This document shows, one piece after another, positions 17,827 to 27,973 of a DNA stretch of 64,000 nt; the stretch's first letter is position 1; every line of letters begins with the position of its first letter. Below the pieces are notes generated by a model. The model did not search any database and was not told the origin of the DNA. It saw only the letters and a program-made list of their open reading frames with translations. Where the stretch lies: positions 3,104,001 to 3,168,000 of the forward strand of contig OZ245006.1 of the NCBI GenBank assembly GCA_965223545.1, written 5' to 3'. A program made the translations under genes and the position numbers. The DNA is from Planctomycetota bacterium. Lineage in GTDB: Bacteria; Planctomycetota; UBA1135; UBA2386.

Positions 17827-19419
17827 ATGCCATCCACGCCCCCGCCCTCCCCACTGCCCAACGCGTGGTGGCTGTCGTTGGCCGTCGTCACCGCACACTG
17901 CGGCGTGGCGCTGTGGTTCGTCGCCGGGCGGTCGACCGGCACGGACGCCGCGCTGACCGGGTTTCCGATCGACGACGCGTGGATCCACATGGTGTACGGC
18001 CGCGCCGTCGCCGAGACGGGCCTGCCCCACTACAACCCCGGCCAGCTGGAGACCGGCTTCACGAGCCCGCTGTGGATGCTGCTCTTGGCGGCAGCGCACT
18101 GGCTCGCGCAGGCCGCCGGCTGGGCACCGTGGGCGGTGGCCAAGGCGTGCGGAGTTGCCCTCGGTGCCGTGACGGCCAGCCTGGTGCTGCACTTGACCTG
18201 GCAGCTGACGCGCAACGTCGCCGCGGCCGCCTGCGCGGGGATCCTCGCCGCGCTGAGTCCACACGCGGTCTTTGCCGGCCTGTCGGGAATGGAGGTCACC
18301 CTGTCGAGCTGCGCCGCGCTGGCCGCGCTGCTCGCGTACTGCCGGGGCCGTCCGGCGCTGACCGGTCTGGCGCTGGCGGCGGGCGTCGCCAGCCGCCCGG
18401 AGGGGTTGTTGTTGGTCGCCGTCCTGGCGGTGGCCGAAGTCGTCCGCCGGCGCACCGCGACGGGCACGGAACGAATCCGCGCCGCGGCCGCCCTCTGCGC
18501 CCCGTCCCTCGCCGTCGTCGTGTCGTGGTCCCTCTACTGCATGGTCGCGACCGGCCGCCCGCTGCCCAGCACGTTCTACGCCAAGCTGGAGGCAGCCGGC
18601 GACGGACGCACGCTGGCGGCACTGATCGACGTGGCGCGCATGCTTCCCGCCCACACCTACGGCGCGGGCTTGCTGCTGCTCGGCGCCGCCATGGCCGGCG
18701 CCGCGCGCCACCGCCTCCGGGTCGAGCACGCCGTCGTGCTCGCCTATCCGTGGCTGTTCTGCCTGGCGGTCGCACAGACGCGAAGCTTGCCGGAGCCGTT
18801 CGCCGACCACTTCTATTGGTGGCGCTACTTCGCGCCCGCGTTGCCGATCGTCGCCGCGGGCACAGGCCTCGGCATCGCCGCTCTGCTGCGGGCCGGCGAA
18901 CCCGCCCACCTGCCCCGCCGGGTCGCGGCCGCGGCGGGCGCCGCGCTCGCCTTGGCAAGCCTGACTCCGCACGCTCCGGCCCTGGCGAGTTCCCGCGACC
19001 GGTTCGCCTCGGACTGTCAGAACATCGAAGAAGTGCAAGTCGGCCTGGGCCACTGGCTGGCGGCGCGCCCGCACGGCGATGGCGCCGCGGTCAACGACGC
19101 CGGCGCGATCCGCTACTTCGGCAAGCGCCCGGTGCTCGACCTGATCGGCCTCAACTGCGCCGAGCTGCTGACGCCGGGAGCGGGCACGGTGTACGCCGAC
19201 CCCGGCTCGCTGCGTCTGCAGATGCGGCTCGCCGGCCTGCGCTACCTCATCGTCTTCCCCGGCTGGTTTCGCGAGCTGGTCGACCATCCGGAGTTCGCAG
19301 CGGTCTTTCGTCCGCGGCTGCGCCACCACAGCCCCGAGTACACCGTCGCACCACAAGACAGCGGTCAGGACACCATGTGGGTGTTCGAGCTGCGGGCTAC
19401 GCCGGCCGCGCCGCGGTGA
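17827..19419 (+). CDS. Polytopic membrane protein, GT-C-fold glycosyltransferase-like
   Basis: Multiple TM segments; IDDAWIH, GFTSPLW, SGME, RPEG, TFYAK, RY..P and DAGAIRY..DLIGL. Confidence 0.65.
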   Translation: MPSTPPPSPLPNAWWLSLAVVTAHCGVALWFVAGRSTGTDAALTGFPIDDAWIHMVYGRAVAETGLPHYNPGQLETGFTSPLWMLLLAAAHWLAQAAGWAPWAVAKACGVALGAVTASLVLHLTWQLTRNVAAAACAGILAALSPHAVFAGLSGMEVTLSSCAALAALLAYCRGRPALTGLALAAGVASRPEGLLLVAVLAVAEVVRRRTATGTERIRAAAALCAPSLAVVVSWSLYCMVATGRPLPSTFYAKLEAAGDGRTLAALIDVARMLPAHTYGAGLLLLGAAMAGAARHRLRVEHAVVLAYPWLFCLAVAQTRSLPEPFADHFYWWRYFAPALPIVAAGTGLGIAALLRAGEPAHLPRRVAAAAGAALALASLTPHAPALASSRDRFASDCQNIEEVQVGLGHWLAARPHGDGAAVNDAGAIRYFGKRPVLDLIGLNCAELLTPGAGTVYADPGSLRLQMRLAGLRYLIVFPGWFRELVDHPEFAAVFRPRLRHHSPEYTVAPQDSGQDTMWVFELRATPAAPR

Positions 19420-20134
19420 CGGTGGCCTCGGCCCAGCGCAGCACGTACCAGATGGTGGCGTCGCGGCGCGCAGCGAACTCCCGCAGCGCCGTCGTCCCCG
19501 CCCGCACGACGCCGGCCTCCAGCCCCACGCTCGCCACGACCTCACCCAAGCGGGCAATCGCCGCCGGAAACTCCGGCTCGCCTGCACAACAGCCGAACGA
19601 CAGCGACCGCGCTTTACGCGGCCGAGCACCGGCGTCACCCAACAGCTGCACCAGCTTCGCTCCCGCGCGGGCGTCGTTTCCCGCCTCATCGAACGCCGTC
19701 GCGTAGCGGCGCCAGACGCGCTCGAACTCCGGGACCGGCGGCCACAACGAGAGGGCCGCGTGGTCGTCATCGGCGAGGACCACCCGCCCCCCGGGCCGCA
19801 CCGCGTCCACCATCGAGCACACCACCGGCAAGGCGTCGCGCTGTGACTCGAGCACGAAGCGCGCGTGGGCGACGTCGAAGCGCCCGCGCTCGCCGGGGTG
19901 CAAGGGCAGAGCGGTGGCTTCGCCGCGGCGGAACTCGAACCCGGCCGCGGCGGCACGGGCGACGATCTCGGCGCTGGAGCTCCGGTCGATCGCCAGGACC
20001 GCCGCCGCACGGGCCGCGATCAGCGCGGTCAGCGCGCCGTCACCACACCCGACATCGAGCACCTTGTCGGTCGACGCCAACGCCAGCTCGGCGACGCACG
20101 CGGCGTTGAGCAGCTGCTCGACGATGCGCACCAC
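19397..20134 (-). CDS. Class I SAM-dependent methyltransferase
   Basis: VLDVGCGDG, FDVAHARFVLE and VRPGGRVVLADDDH. Start is uncertain. Confidence 0.85.
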   Translation of the reverse strand: MVRIVEQLLNAACVAELALASTDKVLDVGCGDGALTALIAARAAAVLAIDRSSSAEIVARAAAAGFEFRRGEATALPLHPGERGRFDVAHARFVLESQRDALPVVCSMVDAVRPGGRVVLADDDHAALSLWPPVPEFERVWRRYATAFDEAGNDARAGAKLVQLLGDAGARPRKARSLSFGCCAGEPEFPAAIARLGEVVASVGLEAGVVRAGTTALREFAARRDATIWYVLRWAEATVTAARPA

Positions 20135-20161
20135 CCGACTCGCCTGCGGCAGTGGGGCCGG

Positions 20162-20722
20162 TCAGCCCGCCGGCCACAACCAGCCGAGCACCGCCGCGGC
20201 CGCCGCGGCGTAGAGCAGTCCGTCGAGCAAGAACTTCGCCGTGACGCCCCAGCGTATGCCCTTCCAAATCGAGTCGGTCACCGCGCCGAGACCGAAGCCC
20301 ATGAACGCCGCCGTCGCACAGAAGCGAAACACCGCGGCAAACTCCGCCTCGCGCGGCAACGCGAGCGCGGCGAGGTAGGCGACGAAGGCGCAGACGACGA
20401 TGCACAAGACGAACCACTGCCCCAGGCTCTTGCCCATCGCCGGCATTCCGGGAAGCACGACCATGGTGCCCACGGGCCCACGGCGGAGCTTCTCCTGCAT
20501 CTCGGGTGTGGACATCTCCTTGTACGACCCCGCACAGGGAAACATGTACTGACCCGGGCGCACGCCCGCGTCGCGCATCGCGGCCAGGACGGCTTCCTCG
20601 TTGTCGAGCTTGCCGTAGTCCTTCTGGTGGTAGGGCAGCACCATGTGCAACACCGAGCTGACCAGGAAGACCGCGACGGCCGCGCAGAGGATGGGGAGCC
20701 AAAACTCGGGGAATGGGATCAT
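20162..20722 (-). CDS. Small integral membrane protein of unknown function
   Basis: Four hydrophobic segments; SSVLHMVLPYH, PGQYMFP and DGLLY; plausible coding composition. Confidence 0.75.
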   Translation of the reverse strand: MIPFPEFWLPILCAAVAVFLVSSVLHMVLPYHQKDYGKLDNEEAVLAAMRDAGVRPGQYMFPCAGSYKEMSTPEMQEKLRRGPVGTMVVLPGMPAMGKSLGQWFVLCIVVCAFVAYLAALALPREAEFAAVFRFCATAAFMGFGLGAVTDSIWKGIRWGVTAKFLLDGLLYAAAAAAVLGWLWPAG

Positions 20723-20905
20723 GGCACCAGCGCTGGCAAGGGTCGGACGACGCGCGCAAGGCTAGCCGATCGGGCCCAGGCCCCGCACCCGGCGCAGCCG
20801 CGAATCGGCCGAATTCGCGCAGCGATGGGCGCGGTCCGTGCCAGGGTCTGGGATCCTCCGCTGGGATCCCTCGCCGCCGACAAACGGTATTCTCGACCTG
20901 TCCCA

Positions 20906-21937
20906 ATGACCGCGATGCCGGAGCCCGCGCCCCGCGAACCCACCGCCCTGGAGCGCACGTGTGCCAGCTGGCCCGCGCCGGTGTTCGTGCTCAGCACCCG
21001 CGTTGGCCGCGGAATGCAGTCGTTGGGCGACGCCCTCGCGCAGCGCCTGGGCTCCCGCTGCGTCGCGCACGAGACCGTCGAGGACCATCTGCCCGGGCGC
21101 GCCCTGGCCGAGGACCTTCGCCACTACCGGAACATCTCCTGCCGCTTCCCAGCACTGCTGCACGTCGCCTATCGGTTTCCGCCGATCTACTGGCGCAAGC
21201 TCTGGCGCGAACGACGGCTCGCACCGACGGCACTGCACGGGCTGGCCGACGCCCTGCGCGGCAGCGGCGCTCGCACCATCATCGGCGTCAGTCACCGCCC
21301 GACGTTTTGGGCGGCGTTCGCCGCGCTCCGGCACGACCTGCAGGCCCGGTTGGTCGGCGTGCTCGGCGAGTACGGATCCAATCTCGGCTGGCGCTACCAG
21401 CCGTGGCAGCGGATCGACGGCTTCCTGACCCCGGTCACTACTGGACAGCTGCGCTTTCGGTTGCCGTCGAGCGTGCAGGTGACCGAGATCGATCTGCCGG
21501 CGCGCGCCGAGTTCACCGCGCTGAGCGGCCACGCGGGCGAGCCGCGCCGGCTGCTGGTCGTGTGTGGAATGTGGGGGCAGGGCCGGATCGACCGGGTCGT
21601 CGGCACCCTGCGCCAGCTCGGCGCCGCAGTCGATGCGGTCTGTGGCGAGAACGACGCCATGCTGGACCGGCTGCGCCGACGCTTCGGCGACGACCGCGGC
21701 GTCACCTGCCACGGCGTCGTGCCGAGCTTGGCCCCGCTGATGGCGCGCTGCCGCGGCGTCGTCACCAAGCCCGGCATCGCCACGATCACCGAGGCACACG
21801 CGGCCGGCCGCCAGATCTTCTTGCTGAGCGGCATGCCGGTCGCCGAGGACAACAACGCGCGCTACGCCCTCGACCACCTCGGGGCGGTGCGCTTTTCGCA
21901 GCCAGCCGTGCGCCGCTGGCTGGAGGGGGAGGGATGA
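20906..21937 (+). CDS. MGDG-synthase/GT28-like glycosyltransferase
   Basis: VGRGM, GMWGQG, VCGEN, VVTKPGIATITEA and EDNNA (GT-B nucleotide-sugar binding region). Confidence 0.75.
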   Translation: MTAMPEPAPREPTALERTCASWPAPVFVLSTRVGRGMQSLGDALAQRLGSRCVAHETVEDHLPGRALAEDLRHYRNISCRFPALLHVAYRFPPIYWRKLWRERRLAPTALHGLADALRGSGARTIIGVSHRPTFWAAFAALRHDLQARLVGVLGEYGSNLGWRYQPWQRIDGFLTPVTTGQLRFRLPSSVQVTEIDLPARAEFTALSGHAGEPRRLLVVCGMWGQGRIDRVVGTLRQLGAAVDAVCGENDAMLDRLRRRFGDDRGVTCHGVVPSLAPLMARCRGVVTKPGIATITEAHAAGRQIFLLSGMPVAEDNNARYALDHLGAVRFSQPAVRRWLEGEG

Positions 21938-23190
21938 GCCAGGGCCTGCGGACACCGGCCTCCCCGCCCACCGCGCTGCCGCCGAAACCGACGCCGAGCC
22001 ACTCCGGAGCGAGCAGCGTGCGCGGCAACCTGCGGTTGGCGCGCAAGCACCCGCGCTACTTCGCGCACCTGGCACTCAAGAAGCTGCAGTTCGCACGCCG
22101 GTTTCGCTGGATCCAACGCCACGGCAACTCCGACCGCCCGGTGCCCAAGCCGCTGGTGGTCAAGCTAATGCTCAACTGGAAGTGCAACCTGCGCTGCCCG
22201 ATGTGCATGCTGTGGGGCGAGGTCGGTTGGCTGGAGCAGGAGACCAAGGCCACCGTCGGCACCGAGCTCCCCTGGCAGGCCGTCGAGCGCGTCTTCGACT
22301 GGCGGCTGCCGGCCAACGCGTCGTTCATCCTGTCGGGCGGCGAGCCGACGATGTACGCGCACTTCGATCGCCTGCTGCGTCGCCTGCAAACGGAGCGCAA
22401 GTTCGCGATCATCTGCACCAACGGTCTCTGGCTCGATCGCTACACCGACGCTCTCGACGGCAACCCCTATCCAACGCTGCTGGTCTCCCTCGACGGGCCG
22501 CGCGAGACCAACGACCAGCTGCGCGGCAAGGGCGTCTACGACCGCGTGATCCAAAACATCGAGCGCCTGCAAGGACTGCGACGGCCGCCATTCATCGGCG
22601 TCCAATTCACGGTGATGCCCGAGAACGTCGCCCACATGGAGTCCTTCTGCGAGGAGATGGTGGCGCGCGGCGTCGACTGGATCCTGCTCAACCCCGGCTG
22701 GTTCTTGTCCGACGCACAGGCGCGCCGCTACGAGCAGGAGCTGCGGCAGAACTTCGACGTCGAGCCGCACACCCATCTCGGCTACGTGCGGACCTACGAC
22801 TACGACGCCGCCGCGTTCGAAGACGCACTGCGCCGGATCTGGCAGCGCCGCTGGCCGATCCAGATCGCCTCGCACCTCAAGGAGCCGGAATGGGTGCAGG
22901 ACTTCATCGGCCAGCCCGACAAGATCCTCGCCAACCGCCTCTGCTACAAGCAGTGGCTGCGGCTCGACGTCTTGCCCGACGGCAAGGTGACGCCGTGCGT
23001 TCAGTTTCCCGATCTCACCGTCGGCGACCTCAACACGCAGACCGCCGATGAAATCTGGCACGGCGCGGAGAACCGCCGATTCCAGCGCTTTGCGCACGGC
23101 AAGAGCCTGTCGATCTGCGCCAAGTGCGACAACCTCTACCTCTACAACGGGCGGGGTGCCGGCCCCGCCCGCTTCCGCGCCGCGCGCTGA
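21934..23190 (+). CDS. Radical SAM protein with SPASM/twitch domain
   Basis: CNLRCPMC, SGGEP, TNG, SLDG; C-terminal CYKQW..DGKVTPC..CAKC. ATGA coupling to the upstream gene. Confidence 0.92.
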   Translation: MSQGLRTPASPPTALPPKPTPSHSGASSVRGNLRLARKHPRYFAHLALKKLQFARRFRWIQRHGNSDRPVPKPLVVKLMLNWKCNLRCPMCMLWGEVGWLEQETKATVGTELPWQAVERVFDWRLPANASFILSGGEPTMYAHFDRLLRRLQTERKFAIICTNGLWLDRYTDALDGNPYPTLLVSLDGPRETNDQLRGKGVYDRVIQNIERLQGLRRPPFIGVQFTVMPENVAHMESFCEEMVARGVDWILLNPGWFLSDAQARRYEQELRQNFDVEPHTHLGYVRTYDYDAAAFEDALRRIWQRRWPIQIASHLKEPEWVQDFIGQPDKILANRLCYKQWLRLDVLPDGKVTPCVQFPDLTVGDLNTQTADEIWHGAENRRFQRFAHGKSLSICAKCDNLYLYNGRGAGPARFRAAR

Positions 23191-23196
23191 TCACCC

Positions 23197-24528
23197 TTGG
23201 CCATCGACTTCAAGCTGCGAGAGTTCTGCCATCCGCGGCGCATCGGGCAGCTGCACCGCACGCTGCGGCGCACGCAGTGGTTGCCGCCGGATGCGCTGCA
23301 GGAGTACCAGGACGCTCGGCTGCGGGCCGTCGTGCGCCACGCCGCAGCCCACGTGCCGTACTACCGCGCACTATTCGCGCGCCTGCGGCTGCGCGCAGAG
23401 GACATCCGGACCGCGACCGATCTGCAGCAGCTGCCGCTGCTGGACAAGCGCACGCTGCGGCGCCAGCCGGAGGCACTGCTCGCCGACGACGCCGACCGAC
23501 GCCAGCCGCGCTGGCACCGAACCAGCGGCACCACGGGCGAGCCGCTGCGGTTCGTTCTCGACCGGGACGCCAACGCACTCGAGTTCTGCTACTACTGGCG
23601 GCACTGGAGCTGGGCCGGCTACCGGCTCGGCGCGCGGTTCGCAGAGCTCGGCTGCACGCACTTCCTGCGCCGCGGCCGCGCCGCGCACGCGGTCCACTGG
23701 CAGCCCCTGCTCCGCCGGCTGATGCTCAACAGCGGGCAAGTGTCCCCGTCGACCGCCCCGGCGATGGCCGCGGCCCTGCGCCGGCACCGCCCGCGGTTCC
23801 TCAAGGGTATGGCGTCGGCTCTGTTCCACTTGGCCCGGTCGCTGCGTGACGCCGGCGTCGACGACTGCCGGATGCGGGGCGTGTTCTCGACCGGCGAAGT
23901 GCTCACCGCGGCACAGCGACAAGTCATCGAGCAGGTGTTCGGCTGTCCGGTGCTCGATTCCTACGGCCACATGGAGCGCACCGCCGGCATCGCGCAGTGT
24001 CCAGCCGGCGGCTACCACGTGCAGAGCGACTACGGTCTCGTCGAGCTGCGCGACGTGCGGACGGCTTCGGACGGCACGCGCCTGGCGCGCGTCGTCGGCA
24101 CCTCGCTTTACAACCTGGCGATGCCGCTGCTGCGCTACGACGTCGGCGACGACGTCGAGCTGCCCCCCACCCATCGGCCGTGTCCGTGCGGGCGCACCCT
24201 GCCACTCGTCGCCGGCGTCCGCGGCCGGACCCAGGACACGCTGGTCACCCCGGACGGCCGCTTCATCACCTCCGCCTTCGTCTTGTTCGAGATGGTCGAC
24301 GGCATCGCCGGCGCGCAGATCGTGCAGGAGGCGCCCCACGCCGTGCGACTCGTCGTCGTCCCCGAACAAGGGTTCGGCAAGCAGCACGCCGCGGCCCTGC
24401 GCGACCTCGCCACGCAGCTGCTCGGTCCGGAGATGAAGGTCGAGGTCAGCACCGCGCGGGCCGACGAGCTGCAGCGCGGCGCGACCGGCAAGTTGCGGCC
24501 GGTCATCGCGCTCGGTGTCGGCGGCTGA
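23197..24528 (+). CDS. Phenylacetate-CoA ligase/CapK-like adenylate-forming enzyme
   Basis: VPYYR, TSGTTGEP, YGHME, PLLRYDVGD, CPCGR..GR and GKLR. Confidence 0.9.
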   Translation: MAIDFKLREFCHPRRIGQLHRTLRRTQWLPPDALQEYQDARLRAVVRHAAAHVPYYRALFARLRLRAEDIRTATDLQQLPLLDKRTLRRQPEALLADDADRRQPRWHRTSGTTGEPLRFVLDRDANALEFCYYWRHWSWAGYRLGARFAELGCTHFLRRGRAAHAVHWQPLLRRLMLNSGQVSPSTAPAMAAALRRHRPRFLKGMASALFHLARSLRDAGVDDCRMRGVFSTGEVLTAAQRQVIEQVFGCPVLDSYGHMERTAGIAQCPAGGYHVQSDYGLVELRDVRTASDGTRLARVVGTSLYNLAMPLLRYDVGDDVELPPTHRPCPCGRTLPLVAGVRGRTQDTLVTPDGRFITSAFVLFEMVDGIAGAQIVQEAPHAVRLVVVPEQGFGKQHAAALRDLATQLLGPEMKVEVSTARADELQRGATGKLRPVIALGVGG

Positions 24529-24574
24529 GGCAGCCGGACTCCGGACTACGAACTCGCCGATGATCCGAGCAGCC

Positions 24575-25441
24575 TCACACCCGCGGCAATCCCAGGAAGT
24601 GGCTGATGAAATCGGCGTGGACGTTGCCTGGATCGGACTGCCATAGGTCTTCCAGCCAACTCACGTAGAGTTCGGTCCAACGCACGACATCCAGGGCATC
24701 CTCCGCTGCGCCGGATAGCCCTTCGCCAATCTCGATCGCCAGTCGGCCGTCACCGCCGAAGGCCGACGCAACCGTCAGCACGCGCGCCCCACTCATCGTC
24801 GCCAGGTGACCGAACCCATCGCGCACCGGATAGCGCCGGCCGCAGAGCGGCATCGTCGCGAACGCGGCGCCGTGGCGGCCGTCGGCAGCGAGGTGCACGA
24901 CGCCGCCGCCGCTCAACACGGCCAACGCCCGGTGCAGGACCGCCGCCCCGTTGAGCCCCTCGAGCCGCAGCACGTCGAGTGGCGCGGCGTCCGGCGCTGG
25001 CCGCGGCGCCGGCATCCGGCGCTGGATCGAAGTCAACGCGATGCCGGCGCGGGCGAGCAACACCGGCACCAGATGGCAACCGCCGACGTGGGCACCGGCC
25101 AGCAAGACACCGCGGCCAGCGCGCGCTTCTTCGGTGATCCGCTCGACACCTCGCAAACGCACGGCGGGGCGGAGCGACGACCACGGAGCCAGCTCCGCCA
25201 TCGCCATTTGCCAACGCCGACCACCGAACAGCGGCGAGGCCAGCAAGTGCACCGCCCGCGCCGCGGCGCGATCGGTCCGCGCGTCGATCGCGCCGGCGAA
25301 CTCCTCCAACCGACGCAACCGGGCGCGCGCCAGCGTCGCGTGCAGCCAACCCGCCGACGCCACGCGGCACTGCGCGCGCCGCACCCACGCCGCCGGCAGG
25401 CGGGCGGCCAGGCGAGCGCCGAGCCGCGGCCTCGCGGTCAC
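24575..25441 (-). CDS. Lipid A lauroyl/lysophospholipid acyltransferase-like protein
   Basis: GRGVLLAGAHVG, GGVVHLAADG and G..HLA..SGA. GTG start overlaps the upstream stop. Confidence 0.7.
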   Translation of the reverse strand: MTARPRLGARLAARLPAAWVRRAQCRVASAGWLHATLARARLRRLEEFAGAIDARTDRAAARAVHLLASPLFGGRRWQMAMAELAPWSSLRPAVRLRGVERITEEARAGRGVLLAGAHVGGCHLVPVLLARAGIALTSIQRRMPAPRPAPDAAPLDVLRLEGLNGAAVLHRALAVLSGGGVVHLAADGRHGAAFATMPLCGRRYPVRDGFGHLATMSGARVLTVASAFGGDGRLAIEIGEGLSGAAEDALDVVRWTELYVSWLEDLWQSDPGNVHADFISHFLGLPRV

Positions 25442-26544
25442 GGCGTATACCCCCACTCGGCGAAGCAGGGCTGCGCGATGGCGCGCACCGCGCGGCGCTG
25501 CGCCGGCGTCAATTCTTCGGCCGGCCGCCGCTGGTGCCGCGCCACCGCCGCTGCGTGTTGCGCGAAGTGCGGTTTGGCGGCATCGAACCCGGCCAGCCCC
25601 AACTCCTCGTAGATCGTGCGCAGGGTCGCCAGCGGGGACTCGACCAGCGCGTCGTAGCCGACCTCGACCCACGCCTCGCGCGGCAGCGCGGCCCGGTCGG
25701 CGAGGTAGCGCGCGTGCACGTCGCGATAGCGGTCCAGGATCCACTGCGGAAAGGGGTCGCGCTGCTCATCGCCGGGCTGCATGCGCAGCCATCCTTGCAT
25801 GACGCGTTCCATGGCGACCGTCGAACGCACGACATCGTACGGGTGGCGGTGCACGTGCACGAACCGCGCCCCGGGAAACGCCCGCGCCAACAAGCCCAGG
25901 CGCGCGGTGTGTGCCGGCGCCTTGAGCACCACGCGGCCGTGGCGCAGGCTCAGCTTGGCGACCCAAGTGCGCATCGCGGCGACCCAGCGTTCCGACTCGC
26001 CGGCGTCGGCCCCGCCGGAGATCCAGCGGGCGTAGTGCGCCCGCGCCGCCGGAAACACCGCCCCGAGGTAGCTCGAAGCGAGGGCGAGACCGAGGAGCGC
26101 GTACTCGTCTTCGGCAGCCGCGTCGTAGCCAAAGCGCATCCCGTCCACCAACCGCGTGCCGGGGAGCACGCCTTGCAGAAGGCGGGGTCCCCACCTGCCG
26201 GTCAACAGGAACGTCGAGGGGAAGCTGGCCTCGTACACCGTCGGCGCGGAAAGATCGGGGTCACGGCGCAGGTACTCGTGGAGCAGCGTCGTGCCGCTGC
26301 GCCAATGGCCGAGCACGACGACCGGCGGCACAGGCGTGGCGCGCCGCCACCGCCGCGCGTAGCAAAGGGTCTCGACCCCACCCAGCACCGAGTTGACGGC
26401 GCTGGTGACCGTCACCGTCATCGCCTTCGGCCAGTAACGCGGTGGGATCGCGGTCCCGTGCCTCCACACCAGCTGCGCCCAGCGACCCGCGGTGATGCCA
26501 CCCAACATGCCCGGCGCCAGCCAAGTGCGCCACCACCGCCGCAT
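25438..26544 (-). CDS. PAPS-dependent sulfotransferase (Sulfotransfer_3-like)
   Basis: 5'-PSB motif GHWRSGTTLLH, LKAPAHTAR and 3'-PB motif HRHPYDVVRS. Confidence 0.9.
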   Translation of the reverse strand: MRRWWRTWLAPGMLGGITAGRWAQLVWRHGTAIPPRYWPKAMTVTVTSAVNSVLGGVETLCYARRWRRATPVPPVVVLGHWRSGTTLLHEYLRRDPDLSAPTVYEASFPSTFLLTGRWGPRLLQGVLPGTRLVDGMRFGYDAAAEDEYALLGLALASSYLGAVFPAARAHYARWISGGADAGESERWVAAMRTWVAKLSLRHGRVVLKAPAHTARLGLLARAFPGARFVHVHRHPYDVVRSTVAMERVMQGWLRMQPGDEQRDPFPQWILDRYRDVHARYLADRAALPREAWVEVGYDALVESPLATLRTIYEELGLAGFDAAKPHFAQHAAAVARHQRRPAEELTPAQRRAVRAIAQPCFAEWGYTP

Positions 26545-26563
26545 CGGCCCCGCCGTCCGCACC

Positions 26564-27973
26564 TCAGTCCTCGACCACGTGGGTGGCGAACCGCTGGCGC
26601 GCCGCCCGCCATGCGTCCGCGTCGAATCGGCCGTCGGGTCCCAGGCAGGCGGCCGCGGTGGCGGCCATGTCCAAGCCATGGTGGGTGTTGTCGTGAGCGA
26701 ACAAGCCCTGCCGCCCCAGCGTGAGAATCCCGGGCAGCGACGTCAGCCACTCGTCGATGCGCCGAAAGGACGCCTCGAATCCCACCGGATACAGCGGGTA
26801 GGCGTGCTCGACCCGCCGGCTGAGGACCTGACGCACGATGGCGTTGTCCACGGGCATGCCGGCACGGCGCAGCCCGCCCACCACCAGCATGCCGAGCTCG
26901 TCGTCCGGCATCCGCCACACGACATCGTCGGTCGCACAGGGCAGCTCGGCACACAGCACCGTGACACCCGGCGGCTGGTCCGTCCCGGAGTAGTTCTTCG
27001 GTTCCGACACGCGCGTGAACGGCGCGTCCGGCTCGGGGAAGTAGTGCGCGTCGAACTCGGTGACGCGATCGCGAGCGATCACCAAGTAGACCAGCAGCAT
27101 CGCGCGAAAGCGCAACGCCGCCGCCGCCTCGCGCACCTCCGGCGGCGCCGCCGGCCGCAGCACGCGCGCCAGCGCGGTCAGCGGAATCGTCGAGTACACG
27201 TGGTCGACGGTGAGTTCACCGCCGGCACCGTCCCGGTCGCCGCCGTACTGCACATTCCAGCGCTCGCCCCGACGAACGACAGCGGTCACCGGAGCGCGGC
27301 GCCGCAGCCGCGCACCGGCGCCCTCCGCCGCCTCGGCCAACCGCTCGGAGATCTGACCGAACCCGGCGGCCGGATAGAGGAAGACGCCGCGCTCGCCGCG
27401 CGTCGCCTTGGGACCCGGCAGCGCGCGCCGCACCATCGCCGCCAGCGACCGCGCGCCGACGCGCCGGCGCGCCTGCTCGGGCGCGATCTCGTCGGGCTCC
27501 ATGCCCCAGATCTTGCGCGCATACGGGAAATAGAACCGCTGGCACACGGTGCGTCCGAGCGCGGCCTCGAGCACCGAGCCGAAGCTCTCGCTGCCGTTCG
27601 CCGACGACCGCCGCCGCAAGACGTCACGCGCGACGCCGCCGGCAAACGACGGCGGCAACCGCGTCAACAGATCGCCGGCCCGCAGTGGAAACCGCAGCCA
27701 ACGCCCGAGCAGCCGGATGCGCCCGCGGCGCGGGCGGCGCAAGAGGTCGTCCCCCAACAGCTCTTCGAGCCGAGTCAGGACGGCTGGGCTGGCGGCCGGA
27801 TGCAGCCGATGACTGCCGTAGTCGACGCGCACTCCCGCCAACTCGAAGCTGCCGGCGTTGCCGCCGAAGTCCGCGGCGCGCTCGAGGAGCGTGACCTCGG
27901 CGCCGCCTTCGGCCAACGCCAGCGCCGCCCCGAGTCCCGCCGGCCCGCCGCCGAGTACCGCCAACGACGTCAT
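26564..27973 (-). CDS. FAD-dependent oxidoreductase (protoporphyrinogen oxidase/UDP-galactopyranose mutase-like fold)
   Basis: LGGGPAGL..LLE..GG, DYGSHR, YARKIWG, FLYP..GFGQ, AYP and GRQGLF. ATGA coupling. Confidence 0.88.
   Translation of the reverse strand: MTSLAVLGGGPAGLGAALALAEGGAEVTLLERAADFGGNAGSFELAGVRVDYGSHRLHPAASPAVLTRLEELLGDDLLRRPRRGRIRLLGRWLRFPLRAGDLLTRLPPSFAGGVARDVLRRRSSANGSESFGSVLEAALGRTVCQRFYFPYARKIWGMEPDEIAPEQARRRVGARSLAAMVRRALPGPKATRGERGVFLYPAAGFGQISERLAEAAEGAGARLRRRAPVTAVVRRGERWNVQYGGDRDGAGGELTVDHVYSTIPLTALARVLRPAAPPEVREAAAALRFRAMLLVYLVIARDRVTEFDAHYFPEPDAPFTRVSEPKNYSGTDQPPGVTVLCAELPCATDDVVWRMPDDELGMLVVGGLRRAGMPVDNAIVRQVLSRRVEHAYPLYPVGFEASFRRIDEWLTSLPGILTLGRQGLFAHDNTHHGLDMAATAAACLGPDGRFDADAWRAARQRFATHVVED

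Noticed and set aside
21934..23190. rSAM/SPASM as a RiPP maturase
   Set aside because: No precursor peptide, RRE/PqqD domain or peptidase nearby; the context is glycosyl/acyl transfer.
24529..24574. CCGGACT-CCGGACT repeat between convergent operons
   Set aside because: Only two 7-bp copies; no clear terminator or REP family is supportable.
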